In this document: piece by piece, positions 1-8,410 of the stretch
How positions within the stretch are numbered: the stretch's first letter is position 1
Layout: each line of letters opens with the position of its first letter
Virus record (IMG/VR): IMGVR_UViG_3300042906_000754
Coordinates: 1 to 39,958 of that record
Source: a virus
Taxonomy: Duplodnaviria > Caudoviricetes
Strand: one strand, 5' to 3'
DNA length: 39,958 nucleotides
The notes under the pieces: model-generated
What the model saw: the letters and a program-made list of their open reading frames with translations, nothing else
Told to the model about the DNA's origin: nothing
The model's database searches: none
Translations under genes and position numbers: made by a program

Positions 1-127
1 CCTGTGTTTCATGGCACATCAAAAGAATTCAATGTCTTTAAGCCAAACGCAGCGCAAGGCTGGGGAGAAGGAGTTTACTTTGCTTCAGACAAACCTGTTG
101 CAAAAGAGTTTGGAGGCAGAGTCGTTT
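1..127. repeat. Terminal direct repeat (127 bp, copy 1); circular-assembly overlap
   Basis: 1-127 (cctgtgtttcatggc...ggcagagtcgttt) is identical to 39832-39958. It lies inside a continuous ORF and 127 is a common assembler k-mer size. Confidence 0.95.
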
Positions 128-1671
128 CTGCGTTCCTAAAAATTGACAAGCCCTTTACTGGGTCATTTTCACAGGCAGACGAGGCAAAGATTCCTCAGAC
201 AAAAACCTACCAAAACGCACTTAAGAAATACGAAAAGGTTTCTAGGTTTGTTGATCCGGAAACCAAGGAATTGGACTGGTTTGAGCTACAGGCAGAAGAT
301 GGTCAGTTTGCAAACTCGCTCATAAGAGATCTGGGATACGATGGGATCATTTCAAAAGATTCCGCAAATGTTCAGACCGGAGATGAGATCGTTGTGTTTA
401 ACCCGAGCCAGGTTAAATCAGCCGCTCCAATCGTTTACGACGATCAAAATCAAATAATTCCTCCCTCCCGCAGGTTTAACGTAGCTTCTGCTGACATCCG
501 CTTCTCCCCGCGGCGCAAAGGCGAAACACTTCAAGAGCAAAGAGCACGCGAGTACCAAGAGGAACTCATCCGTGTTGGTCTTGGCCGTGAAGGCGGCAAT
601 GTGATAGGCGACGATGCCACTCACGTTGAGGAGATTGTCACTGCTCGCAACCAACTCGTCCGCGAGGAAACGCCGACTTTTGCCGGCAAACTTGGCGACC
701 CTGAACTTGAGCGCCGGCTCGACGTTTCTACGGCTGTGCAAGAAGCTGCGGCAGCAAGGGAAGCCGTCAGCAAAAAAGTCAGCAAAGCCCAACGGATTCG
801 CAAGCAACTGCAAGCCAGGCAGGCCGATATTCAAAGGGCTGTTGCTGCAAAAGCCGCTTCCGGAGAGCTTGGCCCGGTTGAGGTTGGCAGCCCGCAGCAC
901 AAAAAAATGTTTGAGCTCAAGACGCTTGAAGACCTGCCTGGAGGCACCTCGGGCCGTGTGCCGCCAACCCAGCCCAGCTTCACTCTGGAGCAATTCCGCA
1001 GGGCGATTGGAAACGCTTACGTCGAAGAGTTTCCGACACCGGCGGAGGTGCCACCTGCTGTCACCGACCTCATCTCGCAGAAGACTCCTCGCACCGAGAT
1101 TGAGCGCCGCAATGAACTGGCGCGTATCGCTGAAACAGAACGCCGCGCCGGTATCACGCATCGCACTGTGCTAGGCAGCATCCAGTCTGACGCTGCCAAC
1201 GCAGCTCGAGTTGGCGACATGAAGATCGAGCAGATGCTCAAGGCCATGTCCGAGAAACGTGAGGCTATGTTTGACGCGGAGCTTGCACGGGTGCGGAACA
1301 AATTCAACACCATGGAACTGCAAGGCAAGGCCGAGGAGGCCCGGCAGGCTGGCATTGATCCTGAGATCGTCCGCCTCCGGAACGAACACTTTGCCAACGT
1401 GCAGCGCCAGATTGCCCAGGCTGCCGAACCGGCGCCGCTCAACAGTGGGACGCCAGAGCCACCGGCACAGACACAGCTTCCCGGCATTGCCACTGCTGCT
1501 GATGACGCCCGTATCCCGCGGGACATTGCAATCCAGTACAGCCGTGGCAAGTTCCGGATCTGGTCCATCGGCCGACAGGCTGTGCAGGCCGTTACGGAGA
1601 CCTACCAAGAGGCGCTCAAAAAAGCGCAAGCCATTCAACTCAAACGCAGAGGAAAACAAAATGCCGCTTAA
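1..1671 (+). CDS. C-terminal part of the giant polyvalent/ejection protein (continues from 35773); ADP-ribosyltransferase-like (ART-PolyVal type) domain plus coiled-coil tail
   Basis: Same frame as the ORF from 35773 across the overlap. Motifs FHGT...GVYFAS...GYDGII...EIVVFNPSQVKS fit the ART H/Y/E pattern. Confidence 0.8.
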   Translation, partial: PVFHGTSKEFNVFKPNAAQGWGEGVYFASDKPVAKEFGGRVVSAFLKIDKPFTGSFSQADEAKIPQTKTYQNALKKYEKVSRFVDPETKELDWFELQAEDGQFANSLIRDLGYDGIISKDSANVQTGDEIVVFNPSQVKSAAPIVYDDQNQIIPPSRRFNVASADIRFSPRRKGETLQEQRAREYQEELIRVGLGREGGNVIGDDATHVEEIVTARNQLVREETPTFAGKLGDPELERRLDVSTAVQEAAAAREAVSKKVSKAQRIRKQLQARQADIQRAVAAKAASGELGPVEVGSPQHKKMFELKTLEDLPGGTSGRVPPTQPSFTLEQFRRAIGNAYVEEFPTPAEVPPAVTDLISQKTPRTEIERRNELARIAETERRAGITHRTVLGSIQSDAANAARVGDMKIEQMLKAMSEKREAMFDAELARVRNKFNTMELQGKAEEARQAGIDPEIVRLRNEHFANVQRQIAQAAEPAPLNSGTPEPPAQTQLPGIATAADDARIPRDIAIQYSRGKFRIWSIGRQAVQAVTETYQEALKKAQAIQLKRRGKQNAA

Positions 1672-1813
1672 ACAATCCGCCACCGAGAAGGCGTTCGTCC
1701 AGAACATCAAGACCGAGATCAAGCACGGGAAGCCGCGGGACCAGGCGGTTGCCATAGCCTACCGTGTCCAGAAGGAGGCTGCCAAAAACAGCACTCCCGC
1801 AAAAAAACGTTAA
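1661..1813 (+). CDS. Small basic phage protein (50 aa)
   Basis: ATG at 1661 overlaps the previous stop. MPLKQSATEKAFVQNIKTEIKHGKPRDQAVAIAY resembles a widespread small phage family. Confidence 0.75.
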   Translation: MPLKQSATEKAFVQNIKTEIKHGKPRDQAVAIAYRVQKEAAKNSTPAKKR

Positions 1814-1838
1814 AGTCCGGTTGATCTCAGACCGACTG
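1799..1838 (+). promoter_or_regulatory. sigma28/FliA-like promoter 1 (A-tract, TAAAG-N16-CCGA)
   Basis: GCAAAAAAACGTTAAAG (TAAAG 1811-1815), 16 nt, CCGA 1832-1835. Same layout at 11933 and 12737. Upstream of the replication operon. Confidence 0.6.
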
Positions 1839-1911
1839 TGGTATCGTAGAGCCGGGAACGGTTGCTGCGAAGGCTGACGCTTTTGCCCGTTCCTGAAACA
1901 ACAAACACACA

Positions 1912-2583
1912 ATGAAAGTAGCAAAAATAGCTGATATTCAGAACCTTGCCGACGGCAGCGTCATCGGCGAGATGTCCTTCCAGATCGCCAAGGCGTTTCC
2001 GCCCAAGGTGGGTGAAGGCAAGTTTGGGCAGTGGCGCGTCCAAAACTGCATCATCAAGGACTCAACCGGTGAGGCCCGTGCCAGCTTCTGGCTGAACGAG
2101 GACATGAACGAGTTCGTCGGCCAGACCATCACGGTCAAGTCCCAAGGGGGCGCCAAGGGTCTTCAGGGCATCACGGTGAGCTTCTCAAAGCACGCCGGAG
2201 TCAACGAGCTCAAGATCACTGATAAGGCGGCACTGCTTGATGGGGCTGCCGGCGCCTTCCGTCAGGCCGAGACTGCCACCAAGGTCAACGCTGCCCTCGC
2301 CAGTGGCCAGAGCGGCGGCACTGTGGCGGATGCCAAGCGCCTCATCTTCCAGCGTGCTCAGCTCTACGTTGAATGTGCCAAGGCGGCCAAGTGGGTGGCA
2401 GATCAGGCCGGCATCACGGACGCCGAAGGACTCCAGGCCGTCCGTGCTAGTCTGTTCATCTCCGCGGACAAGGCCAATCTCTGGAACGTCTTCCCGGCTA
2501 CTGCGGCCAAGCCGGCTCCCGTTGTGGACGAGATCCCGATGGCAGACGACGTTGACGAGTTCACCAAGGAGGCTGGCTGGTGA
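1912..2583 (+). CDS. OB-fold single-stranded DNA-binding protein (RPA-like)
   Basis: IIKDSTGEARASFW resembles the RPA-type OB strand D.TG.....W; acidic tail DEIPMADDVDEF...W; first gene of replication block. Confidence 0.6.
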   Translation: MKVAKIADIQNLADGSVIGEMSFQIAKAFPPKVGEGKFGQWRVQNCIIKDSTGEARASFWLNEDMNEFVGQTITVKSQGGAKGLQGITVSFSKHAGVNELKITDKAALLDGAAGAFRQAETATKVNAALASGQSGGTVADAKRLIFQRAQLYVECAKAAKWVADQAGITDAEGLQAVRASLFISADKANLWNVFPATAAKPAPVVDEIPMADDVDEFTKEAGW

Positions 2584-2921
2584 ACAACCGCGCCAAGGGT
2601 GTCCGCGGTGAGCGTCTCTGGCGCGATGAACTCCGGGCTGCTGGCTTCACCGCAAGGCGGGGTCAGCAGTTTGCCGGGGGCGCAGACAGCCCGGACGTGA
2701 TCTGCGAGGAGCTTGCCGGACTTCACTTTGAAGTGAAGTGTGTGCAGGCCCTCAACCTTGACGGTGCCATCGACCAAGCCAAGCGAGACGCTGGCACACT
2801 CAAGGACTGGGTCGTTGCTCACAAGAAGGACCGGAAGCCCTGGCGCATCACAATGAGCAGCGAGTTGTTCTTTAAGCTCCTTCGTGACGGCATGGACGGG
2901 CTCAACAAGCTGCCGAAATAA
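2580..2921 (+). CDS. Holliday junction resolvase, Hjc-like PD-(D/E)XK nuclease
   Basis: KGxRGER, SPDV and HFEVK motifs; 113 aa; GTGA overlap with the upstream gene. Confidence 0.8.
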   Translation: MNNRAKGVRGERLWRDELRAAGFTARRGQQFAGGADSPDVICEELAGLHFEVKCVQALNLDGAIDQAKRDAGTLKDWVVAHKKDRKPWRITMSSELFFKLLRDGMDGLNKLPK

Positions 2922-2925
2922 CTCT

Positions 2926-2986
2926 GGGACGCCAGATCGGGAACGCCGCCAAGAGTCAAGAGGCGTGACAATCAGGAGAGACTGAT
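2926..2986 (+). ncRNA. Structured RNA motif copy A (GGGACGCC...GGCGTGAC-A-ATCAG-GAGAGA-CTGAT)
   Basis: Intergenic. Matches the three copies at 21370-21726 with compensatory changes in both stems. Confidence 0.6.
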
Positions 2987-3035
2987 CAGGGGCTGCGCAT
3001 CTGTCCAACACGCAGACCAACAACAAACCAAACAT

Positions 3036-3215
3036 ATGACACCAGAAGAAATTGATTCGTTTCGTCAGGCTGCCCTCCCGCTCATGGAGTGGCTCCGGCA
3101 CAACATGCACCCGCATGCCACCGTCATCGTGGACAGCGACCGTGCTGAACTCGTGGAAGGGCTCGCCATGGCCCGGCGCCGTGAACGGTTCGACGACAAG
3201 GAGGAAGCGAAATGA
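3036..3215 (+). CDS. Hypothetical phage protein (59 aa)
   Basis: Translated by hand: MTPEEIDSFRQAALPLMEWLRHNMHPHATVIVDSDRAELVEG...; A/C-rich leader; ATGA overlap with next gene. Confidence 0.7.
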   Translation: MTPEEIDSFRQAALPLMEWLRHNMHPHATVIVDSDRAELVEGLAMARRRERFDDKEEAK

Positions 3216-3874
3216 ACATCACGATTAAGATCACCCACAGCAATGGGACCGTGCTCGACATCAGCATCCCCGTTTTAACGCCCGAAACTACGCCGTCCGC
3301 GGTGGTGACGCCAGACGAGCCACAAGTGGCATCAGAAACCGGCAATCCGGTCGCTGGCGGGCTAGTCGATACATTCGGCAATGAGGTCACTAAGGAAGAT
3401 CTCAAGCCAAGCGGCAAGCGGTACAAGTCGGTTGAGGAGTTCATCGACGCTACGCTTGGTTCTGATTTTCTTGCCGAAGTTCTCGCGTGCGAAACCGCTG
3501 GAGAGAAGAGGGTGGGTGAGGATGAGGGTGCGGGTAGGATAGGGGGTATGGGGGAAAGGAAGGGTGAGGGAGAAGGTGAGGGGGGAGAAGAGAACCGTGT
3601 GCTCGTTTTTAAGTGCCAAGACGGCGATTATACTTTGCCGCCTGCACTTCATAACGACTTTAAGTCCGCCTTTGGCGCCGACATGGTTGACCGCGAACTC
3701 ACCAAGGCCCGGCTTTGGTGCGAGACCAACCCGCAATCCCGCAAGACCCGCCGCGGCATGGGCCGCTTCCTGAACGCCTGGCTCTGCCGTGCCCAGGGCG
3801 AGAAGCGTGTGCCCATCGCCTCACGCACCGGCAGCCTGCTCGAGGCCAACAACCCGTCGCAGGAGGGCTGGTGA
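3212..3874 (+). CDS. Putative replication initiator/organiser protein
   Basis: C-terminal helical domain VDRELTKARLW...RKT..GMGRFLNAWL.RAQ is typical of phage replication proteins; G/E-rich linker; directly upstream of helicase. Confidence 0.55.
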   Translation: MNITIKITHSNGTVLDISIPVLTPETTPSAVVTPDEPQVASETGNPVAGGLVDTFGNEVTKEDLKPSGKRYKSVEEFIDATLGSDFLAEVLACETAGEKRVGEDEGAGRIGGMGERKGEGEGEGGEENRVLVFKCQDGDYTLPPALHNDFKSAFGADMVDRELTKARLWCETNPQSRKTRRGMGRFLNAWLCRAQGEKRVPIASRTGSLLEANNPSQEGW

Positions 3875-4530
3875 ACATCCCCACCGAGTCTGAACGTGGC
3901 ATCGCTTCAATCACGCTGAACCACCCGGAGTTGGTGCTCAACGCGATCAGTGAGGCCAACTTCAACCCGACCTACATCGCAGACGGCCTGTCCCGGAACG
4001 TAGTCGAGGTCGTTCTCGACCAAGTCTCCCGCCGGGCTGCCTGCGATGTGCGGGTCATCTTTGAGAAGTTGCGTGAGCGCAATGGGAATGTGCAGTTCCA
4101 CGAGCTCACAGACCTCTACACGCTCATGCCGGTGGCCTCTGCGCTGCGGGACTTGATGGCCATTGTCAAGGCTGCTGCCAAGCGGAGGTCCGTTGCCAAG
4201 ATGCTGGCCGAGGGGCAGAAGATGCTCGAAGCTGCGGATGTCTCCACCGCGGATCTCGTCAACACGATCTCCACTGGGATCGAGCACATCCGGGCTGAGA
4301 TGACCCCGCCGGCGAAGTTGGACACCAAGGCGCTCATCATGGATGCGATCACACGCTACCAGGAGGGAGACGACCACACCCAGCGGATCCGCACCGGCTA
4401 CGACAAACTCGATAACCTGACCCCGATTCGCTACGGTGATTTCCTTGTCATCGGCGGCCCTGAAAAGTCCGGCAAGACCATGCTGGCCCTTAACATAGTT
4501 GCAAACATCCTCACAAATGAAACTGATTAA
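3871..4530 (+). CDS. dnaB: DnaB-like replicative helicase, N-terminal half (N-domain, linker, Walker A)
   Basis: GTG start overlapping upstream stop; N-terminal P.ESE.GI; IRTGYDKLDNL; GDFLVIGGPEKSGKTMLALNI. Stops about 15 codons after Walker A. Confidence 0.85.
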   Translation: MNIPTESERGIASITLNHPELVLNAISEANFNPTYIADGLSRNVVEVVLDQVSRRAACDVRVIFEKLRERNGNVQFHELTDLYTLMPVASALRDLMAIVKAAAKRRSVAKMLAEGQKMLEAADVSTADLVNTISTGIEHIRAEMTPPAKLDTKALIMDAITRYQEGDDHTQRIRTGYDKLDNLTPIRYGDFLVIGGPEKSGKTMLALNIVANILTNETD

Positions 4531-4828
4531 CCTGACACCACACACAATCAAGATCACGGGCCACGAGTCCGTGGAGCCCAGCGGGTATATCGCTCGCGTC
4601 AATACGCACATGAATCAAATTGGCGACGTCAACGGAGTACCCGTTGTTGTGGCCAAAAATTTGGGCATATCTAACCTGCCTGATCCTCAACCAGATACCA
4701 TGTTCATCGTCGCCGGGCTTGTCCGGATGTTTGTCCCGCACCGGAAAGACGTTTGCAGCCCTGCAAAACTGTTGCGCAACGAACATGGTGCAGTTGTGGG
4801 ATGCTCTGCTCTGGAGGTGAATCCATGA
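4517..4828 (+). CDS. Conserved hypothetical phage protein (NLTPH family)
   Basis: MKLINLTPH...LPDPQPDTMFIV...VVGC; overlaps both neighbours. Confidence 0.7.
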   Translation: MKLINLTPHTIKITGHESVEPSGYIARVNTHMNQIGDVNGVPVVVAKNLGISNLPDPQPDTMFIVAGLVRMFVPHRKDVCSPAKLLRNEHGAVVGCSALEVNP

Positions 4829-5085
4829 CCGACCAGCAGATCAACGAGGCTCTGGCAGACTTTGCGGGGTACTGGGTGCAGACACTCCCAATCAGCGGAG
4901 TAGTGCCAGAATACTGCACAGACTTAAACGCCATGCACATTGTCGAGAAGAAGCTGGATTACCGCCAGTTTGAAACATACATCCATGAGCTGTGTGAGGT
5001 GCAGCATGAGCCGATGTTGGCAACGGCACGGGAGCGGGCGAAGGCAGCCATGATTGCCATCGGCAAGTGGGAGGTAGCGAAATGA
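4825..5085 (+). CDS. Hypothetical protein, possibly phage ABA-sandwich-like
   Basis: INEALA...PEYCTDLNAM...ATARERA pattern; ATGA overlaps. Confidence 0.55.
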   Translation: MTDQQINEALADFAGYWVQTLPISGVVPEYCTDLNAMHIVEKKLDYRQFETYIHELCEVQHEPMLATARERAKAAMIAIGKWEVAK

Positions 5086-5549
5086 AGCACATCGGACTCA
5101 TCGGGCTGGCCGGTAGCGGCAAGGACACTGCGGCTGAAGTGCTCTACAGCTATGGCTATGCGCGCTATGCTTTTGCCGACAGAGTAAAAAATCTTGCATG
5201 GAGATTTGATTGGGATGGAAACAAAGACGAACGTGGGCGAGCGTTGCTGCAAAACATAGGCATGGCCGGAAGGCAGTATGACCCAGCAATTTGGATCAAA
5301 TACGTTGAGTTGATGATTGAGGCAGGGGAAGATTCAAGGCTGATTGTATTTACCGATGTCCGCTTTCAGAACGAGGCTGACTACGTTCGCGGCAAAGGCG
5401 GTATCATTGTCCGGATCGTCCGCCCGGGACAAATCGCAGAAAATCACGAATCCGAGCTAAAGCAGTGCGAGGTGGCTGCCGATATAGAGATCGTCAACGA
5501 TGGCAGCATCGAGGACCTACACCAAAAAATAAGAGCAATAATCAAATGA
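5082..5549 (+). CDS. Deoxynucleoside monophosphate kinase (T4 gp1-like)
   Basis: IGLIGLAGSGKDT P-loop, FAD.VK, R.LLQ.IG, TDVRFQNEA, H.SE. Confidence 0.85.
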   Translation: MKHIGLIGLAGSGKDTAAEVLYSYGYARYAFADRVKNLAWRFDWDGNKDERGRALLQNIGMAGRQYDPAIWIKYVELMIEAGEDSRLIVFTDVRFQNEADYVRGKGGIIVRIVRPGQIAENHESELKQCEVAADIEIVNDGSIEDLHQKIRAIIK

Positions 5550-6310
5550 TCAAACACAACCTACCCATGGCCGACTACCGTGCGTTGCCCGGCCTTTCCA
5601 AACACGAGCTGGACAACTTCGCCGTGGCGCCGTCGTACTACCTGCATCGCAAGGCGCAGGAGTGGAAGCCCTCCCGCTCGATGGAGATCGGCACGCTCAT
5701 CCACAGCCTTGTTCTCGAAGGTCGCTGCGACTACGCCGTCGGGCCCGAAGTGGACCGGAGAACCAAGGCGGGAAAAGAAGAGTGGCAACTCTTCTGCGAG
5801 GAGAACATCGGCAAGACCATCGTCACCCGCGACGAAGCGATCATGATCACCGGCTGCTTCAAGGCGTGTGCTCCTTTGATGGAGCATTGCGCGTTCGAGG
5901 ACGACAACATCGAGCTCAGCATGTTCTGGGAACGGGACGGGATAGCCTGCAAGGGGCGTCCGGACATGGTGGCGCAGATCAACGGTGAGCTGTGTCTCGT
6001 GGACCTCAAGACGACCGCGGACATCCGCCAGTTCGACAACGCCTTCTCCCGCTTCAGGTACGACGTGCAGGCTGCGTGGTATCAGTACGGGCTGAAGGCT
6101 GCCATGGGTTTGGATGAGGCGCCCGGCTTCTGGTTCCTCGTGGTGGACACTGAGGCGCCGCACCTGGCGCAGTTCATGCGTGCCGGCAGCGAGATCCTGC
6201 TGAATGCGAACTGCAAGATCGAGGAGGAGTTGGCCCACTTCAAGCGGTGCCAGCAGGCTGACGAGTGGCCTGGGTTGCCGGAGTTTAAGTTGATCTTGCC
6301 GAGGTACTAG
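5546..6310 (+). CDS. RecE/exonuclease VIII-like PD-(D/E)XK nuclease
   Basis: GTLIHSLVLE, VDRRTKAGK, CKGRPD, LVDLKTT, Y.VQAAWY. Confidence 0.85.
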   Translation: MIKHNLPMADYRALPGLSKHELDNFAVAPSYYLHRKAQEWKPSRSMEIGTLIHSLVLEGRCDYAVGPEVDRRTKAGKEEWQLFCEENIGKTIVTRDEAIMITGCFKACAPLMEHCAFEDDNIELSMFWERDGIACKGRPDMVAQINGELCLVDLKTTADIRQFDNAFSRFRYDVQAAWYQYGLKAAMGLDEAPGFWFLVVDTEAPHLAQFMRAGSEILLNANCKIEEELAHFKRCQQADEWPGLPEFKLILPRY

Positions 6311-6312
6311 CT

Positions 6313-6660
6313 ATGACCAACGTAAAGTACGAGTTCCATTACCATGGGAACCTTCTCTGGAGGCTAGGCCAACATGGCATTCACCTTACAGCAGAAGGGA
6401 AGCAGCCATATGTCATTGCTAGAAGGTTTGGGCACGACGAGGAATGGCGCAACCAAGCGGCGCGTGACTCAATTTTGGACGGCGCATTAAAGCGGGAGAT
6501 TCAGTGGTTGCTTGAGTCTCATTTTGAGATGCCTCAATCCGATTCAGGATGGTTCTCGCAGCAGATTAACGACGATTACGTGAAGTATCTGGAATCAAAG
6601 AGGATCAAGTTGCGTGCGGCAACTACCGAGGAATCCTCAGCAGATGGATCTATTTCGTAA
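6313..6660 (+). CDS. Hypothetical protein (115 aa)
   Basis: ORF fills the gap in the operon; no recognisable motif. Confidence 0.6.
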   Translation: MTNVKYEFHYHGNLLWRLGQHGIHLTAEGKQPYVIARRFGHDEEWRNQAARDSILDGALKREIQWLLESHFEMPQSDSGWFSQQINDDYVKYLESKRIKLRAATTEESSADGSIS

Positions 6661-6675
6661 CGCCACGAAAATGAT

Positions 6676-6927
6676 ATGAGAAAACACGTTGCACTCAGGA
6701 AGACAACAGTGCGCGACGGCGTGAAGCACCTGCCGCGGCCGAAGATGACGCAGGACGTCCTCTTTATCGGAGACCGGGACAAGTGCCAGGTCGTCATTGA
6801 CCAAGCGGCTCTGCTACCGAACAACCAGAGCACCGATCAAATCGAGGTGGAGTTGGTCATCAAGATCTACCGCGGCCAGATAACGTACAACTCGTACGAC
6901 ATCCACCGCAACAACGGCTCACGATGA
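6676..6927 (+). CDS. Hypothetical protein (83 aa)
   Basis: ORF in operon; stop overlaps the ATG of the helicase C-half. Confidence 0.6.
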   Translation: MRKHVALRKTTVRDGVKHLPRPKMTQDVLFIGDRDKCQVVIDQAALLPNNQSTDQIEVELVIKIYRGQITYNSYDIHRNNGSR

Positions 6928-7505
6928 AGAAGGGCGTTCTAATCGTGTCGCTCGAGATGCCGGCGAGTCAGATCATCGACCGGCTTGTCGCCCGGCTGGG
7001 GAACGTGTCACTCCGTTCTCTGGCTGAGGGCGTGAAGTCTGACGGTGAACTGGCCGGGATGCAGCGTGCGCTCAACGTGCTGCACCGCTCGAACCTGATC
7101 ATCCGGGATGACCTCTACGACGTGCAGAGCATCTGCTCCGTGGCTCGAGCCATGAGCAAGTCGAGCACCGGCCTAGGTGTCATGTTCATCGACTACATCC
7201 AGCTTGTCCGGTGTGAGCTGGGCAAGGATAGCACCCGTGAGCGTGAGGTGGCAGAAGTGTCCCGCTCGCTGCGTCTGCTGGGCCTGGAACTGGGTTGTCT
7301 CGTCATCGGGATCACCCAGCTTAACGAGCAGGGCAAGGCCCGAGAAAGCCGTGCTATCCAGCAGGACGCCACCTGTATCATGGCGATCGAGATCGAGTCT
7401 GAAGACAACCGCAAAATCAACATCCCGTTCCAGCGCAACGGTCCCTGCGGAGTGAGCACCCACCTACGTTTCAACGGCCGGACGGCCAGCTTCCTTAACC
7501 AATGA
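6924..7505 (+). CDS. dnaB: DnaB-like replicative helicase, C-terminal half
   Basis: VLIVSLEM (catalytic Glu), FIDYIQL (Walker B), REVAEVSRSL, ITQLN, ESRAIQQDA, QRNGP (Arg finger). No Walker A. Confidence 0.9.
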   Translation: MKKGVLIVSLEMPASQIIDRLVARLGNVSLRSLAEGVKSDGELAGMQRALNVLHRSNLIIRDDLYDVQSICSVARAMSKSSTGLGVMFIDYIQLVRCELGKDSTREREVAEVSRSLRLLGLELGCLVIGITQLNEQGKARESRAIQQDATCIMAIEIESEDNRKINIPFQRNGPCGVSTHLRFNGRTASFLNQ

Positions 7506-8002
7506 GATTCGCAGCACAGAGAACCATATCCATGCAGGACAACAATCCTGCCGACGGGACAGTCTACATGGCCGACCTCCACAACCATAGCACCGGCATG
7601 ATGCGGGCGCTCCGGGACTGGGAGAAACGCCGCGGCCTGTCGATGCCATTCAAGACGACGTTTGGAAACTCGAAAAAGTTCACCACACCGAAAGAAACTC
7701 CTAAAGAGAAGGAGAAGATCGTCCGACAGAAACCCGTGCGTGTGAAGCGCACAAAACTAACACCCGAACAAATCAAGGAGAGAAAACGTGAATACAATCG
7801 AAAAGCAAGAGAGCGAGATCCAGAACTTTGGCGGCAGCGGAGCAGAGACTTTCGTGCCAAAGCGAGCCCGGAGCAGAAGGCCCTCAGCCTTCAGAGAGTC
7901 CGCGAATATAGGGAAAAGCAAAAGGCAGCCAAGGCTGCTGCTCAGCATGCGGGAGGCAGCGGAGCGGCTGGGGTGCCACTGGCAGACGATTCTGCTGCGT
8001 GA
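7502..8002 (+). CDS. Basic, charged helical hypothetical protein
   Basis: K/R/E-rich (ERKREYNRKARERDPE); ATGA-coupled to the helicase C-half. Confidence 0.55.
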   Translation: MRFAAQRTISMQDNNPADGTVYMADLHNHSTGMMRALRDWEKRRGLSMPFKTTFGNSKKFTTPKETPKEKEKIVRQKPVRVKRTKLTPEQIKERKREYNRKARERDPELWRQRSRDFRAKASPEQKALSLQRVREYREKQKAAKAAAQHAGGSGAAGVPLADDSAA

Positions 8003-8207
8003 GAAGAAGGGCTACATCACGGGCATCAAGATCGGGGGGCGCAAGTACTTTCACCTTGTCGAGATCGAGCAGATGCGCCGGGATTATCCGGTGGCCCGCC
8101 GTGGTCCCGGTGGCGGCCCAGGCAGTGGCATTCCGATCGGGCCGCAGTACATTCTGGAGCCACGCCGGCCAAGCCTGTGGGAGCGCATTAAGTCCCTGTT
8201 CGTATGA
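7788..8207 (+). CDS. Excisionase/MerR-like HTH DNA-binding protein (start uncertain: 7788 GTG or 7947 ATG)
   Basis: LLSMREAAERLGCHWQTI...KKGYI...KIGGRKYF matches the HTH_17/AlpA/Xis pattern. Confidence 0.7.
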   Translation: MNTIEKQESEIQNFGGSGAETFVPKRARSRRPSAFRESANIGKSKRQPRLLLSMREAAERLGCHWQTILLREKKGYITGIKIGGRKYFHLVEIEQMRRDYPVARRGPGGGPGSGIPIGPQYILEPRRPSLWERIKSLFV

Positions 8208-8410
8208 ACTGCATCATCTGCGACATCGTGCTCCCTGAACTTCAGGATGAGATTCTAAGACTGAAAGCCAAAATCAAAAAACTCAAACATGATAGCGTTT
8301 GCAAACTCAACAGCGATCCTGTTCGACCACAACACGGAGATGGTCAAGCCGGTGGAGTTCGACGGGGAACTCGAGAGCCTGAGGACGTTGTTGAAGATAC
8401 CGTGTATTGA
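8204..8410 (+). CDS. Hypothetical protein (CxxC plus short coiled coil)
   Basis: ATGA-coupled start; overlaps next ORF by 122 nt. Confidence 0.4.
   Translation: MNCIICDIVLPELQDEILRLKAKIKKLKHDSVCKLNSDPVRPQHGDGQAGGVRRGTREPEDVVEDTVY

Noticed and set aside
1-127. 127-bp terminal repeat as a biological DTR
   Set aside because: It sits mid-ORF and equals a common k-mer length, so it is best read as assembly overlap.
4-1671. Stand-alone 555-aa gene
   Set aside because: The GTG at 4 is an internal Val; the frame continues from 35773.
4531-6923. Intein, group I/II intron or transposon interrupting dnaB
   Set aside because: No intein terminal residues, intron core, homing nuclease, RT or transposase seen; the block holds ordinary phage genes.
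7788-8207. Evidence of a temperate lifestyle from the Xis-like HTH
   Set aside because: No integrase, repressor or partition genes recognised; such HTH proteins also occur in lytic phages.
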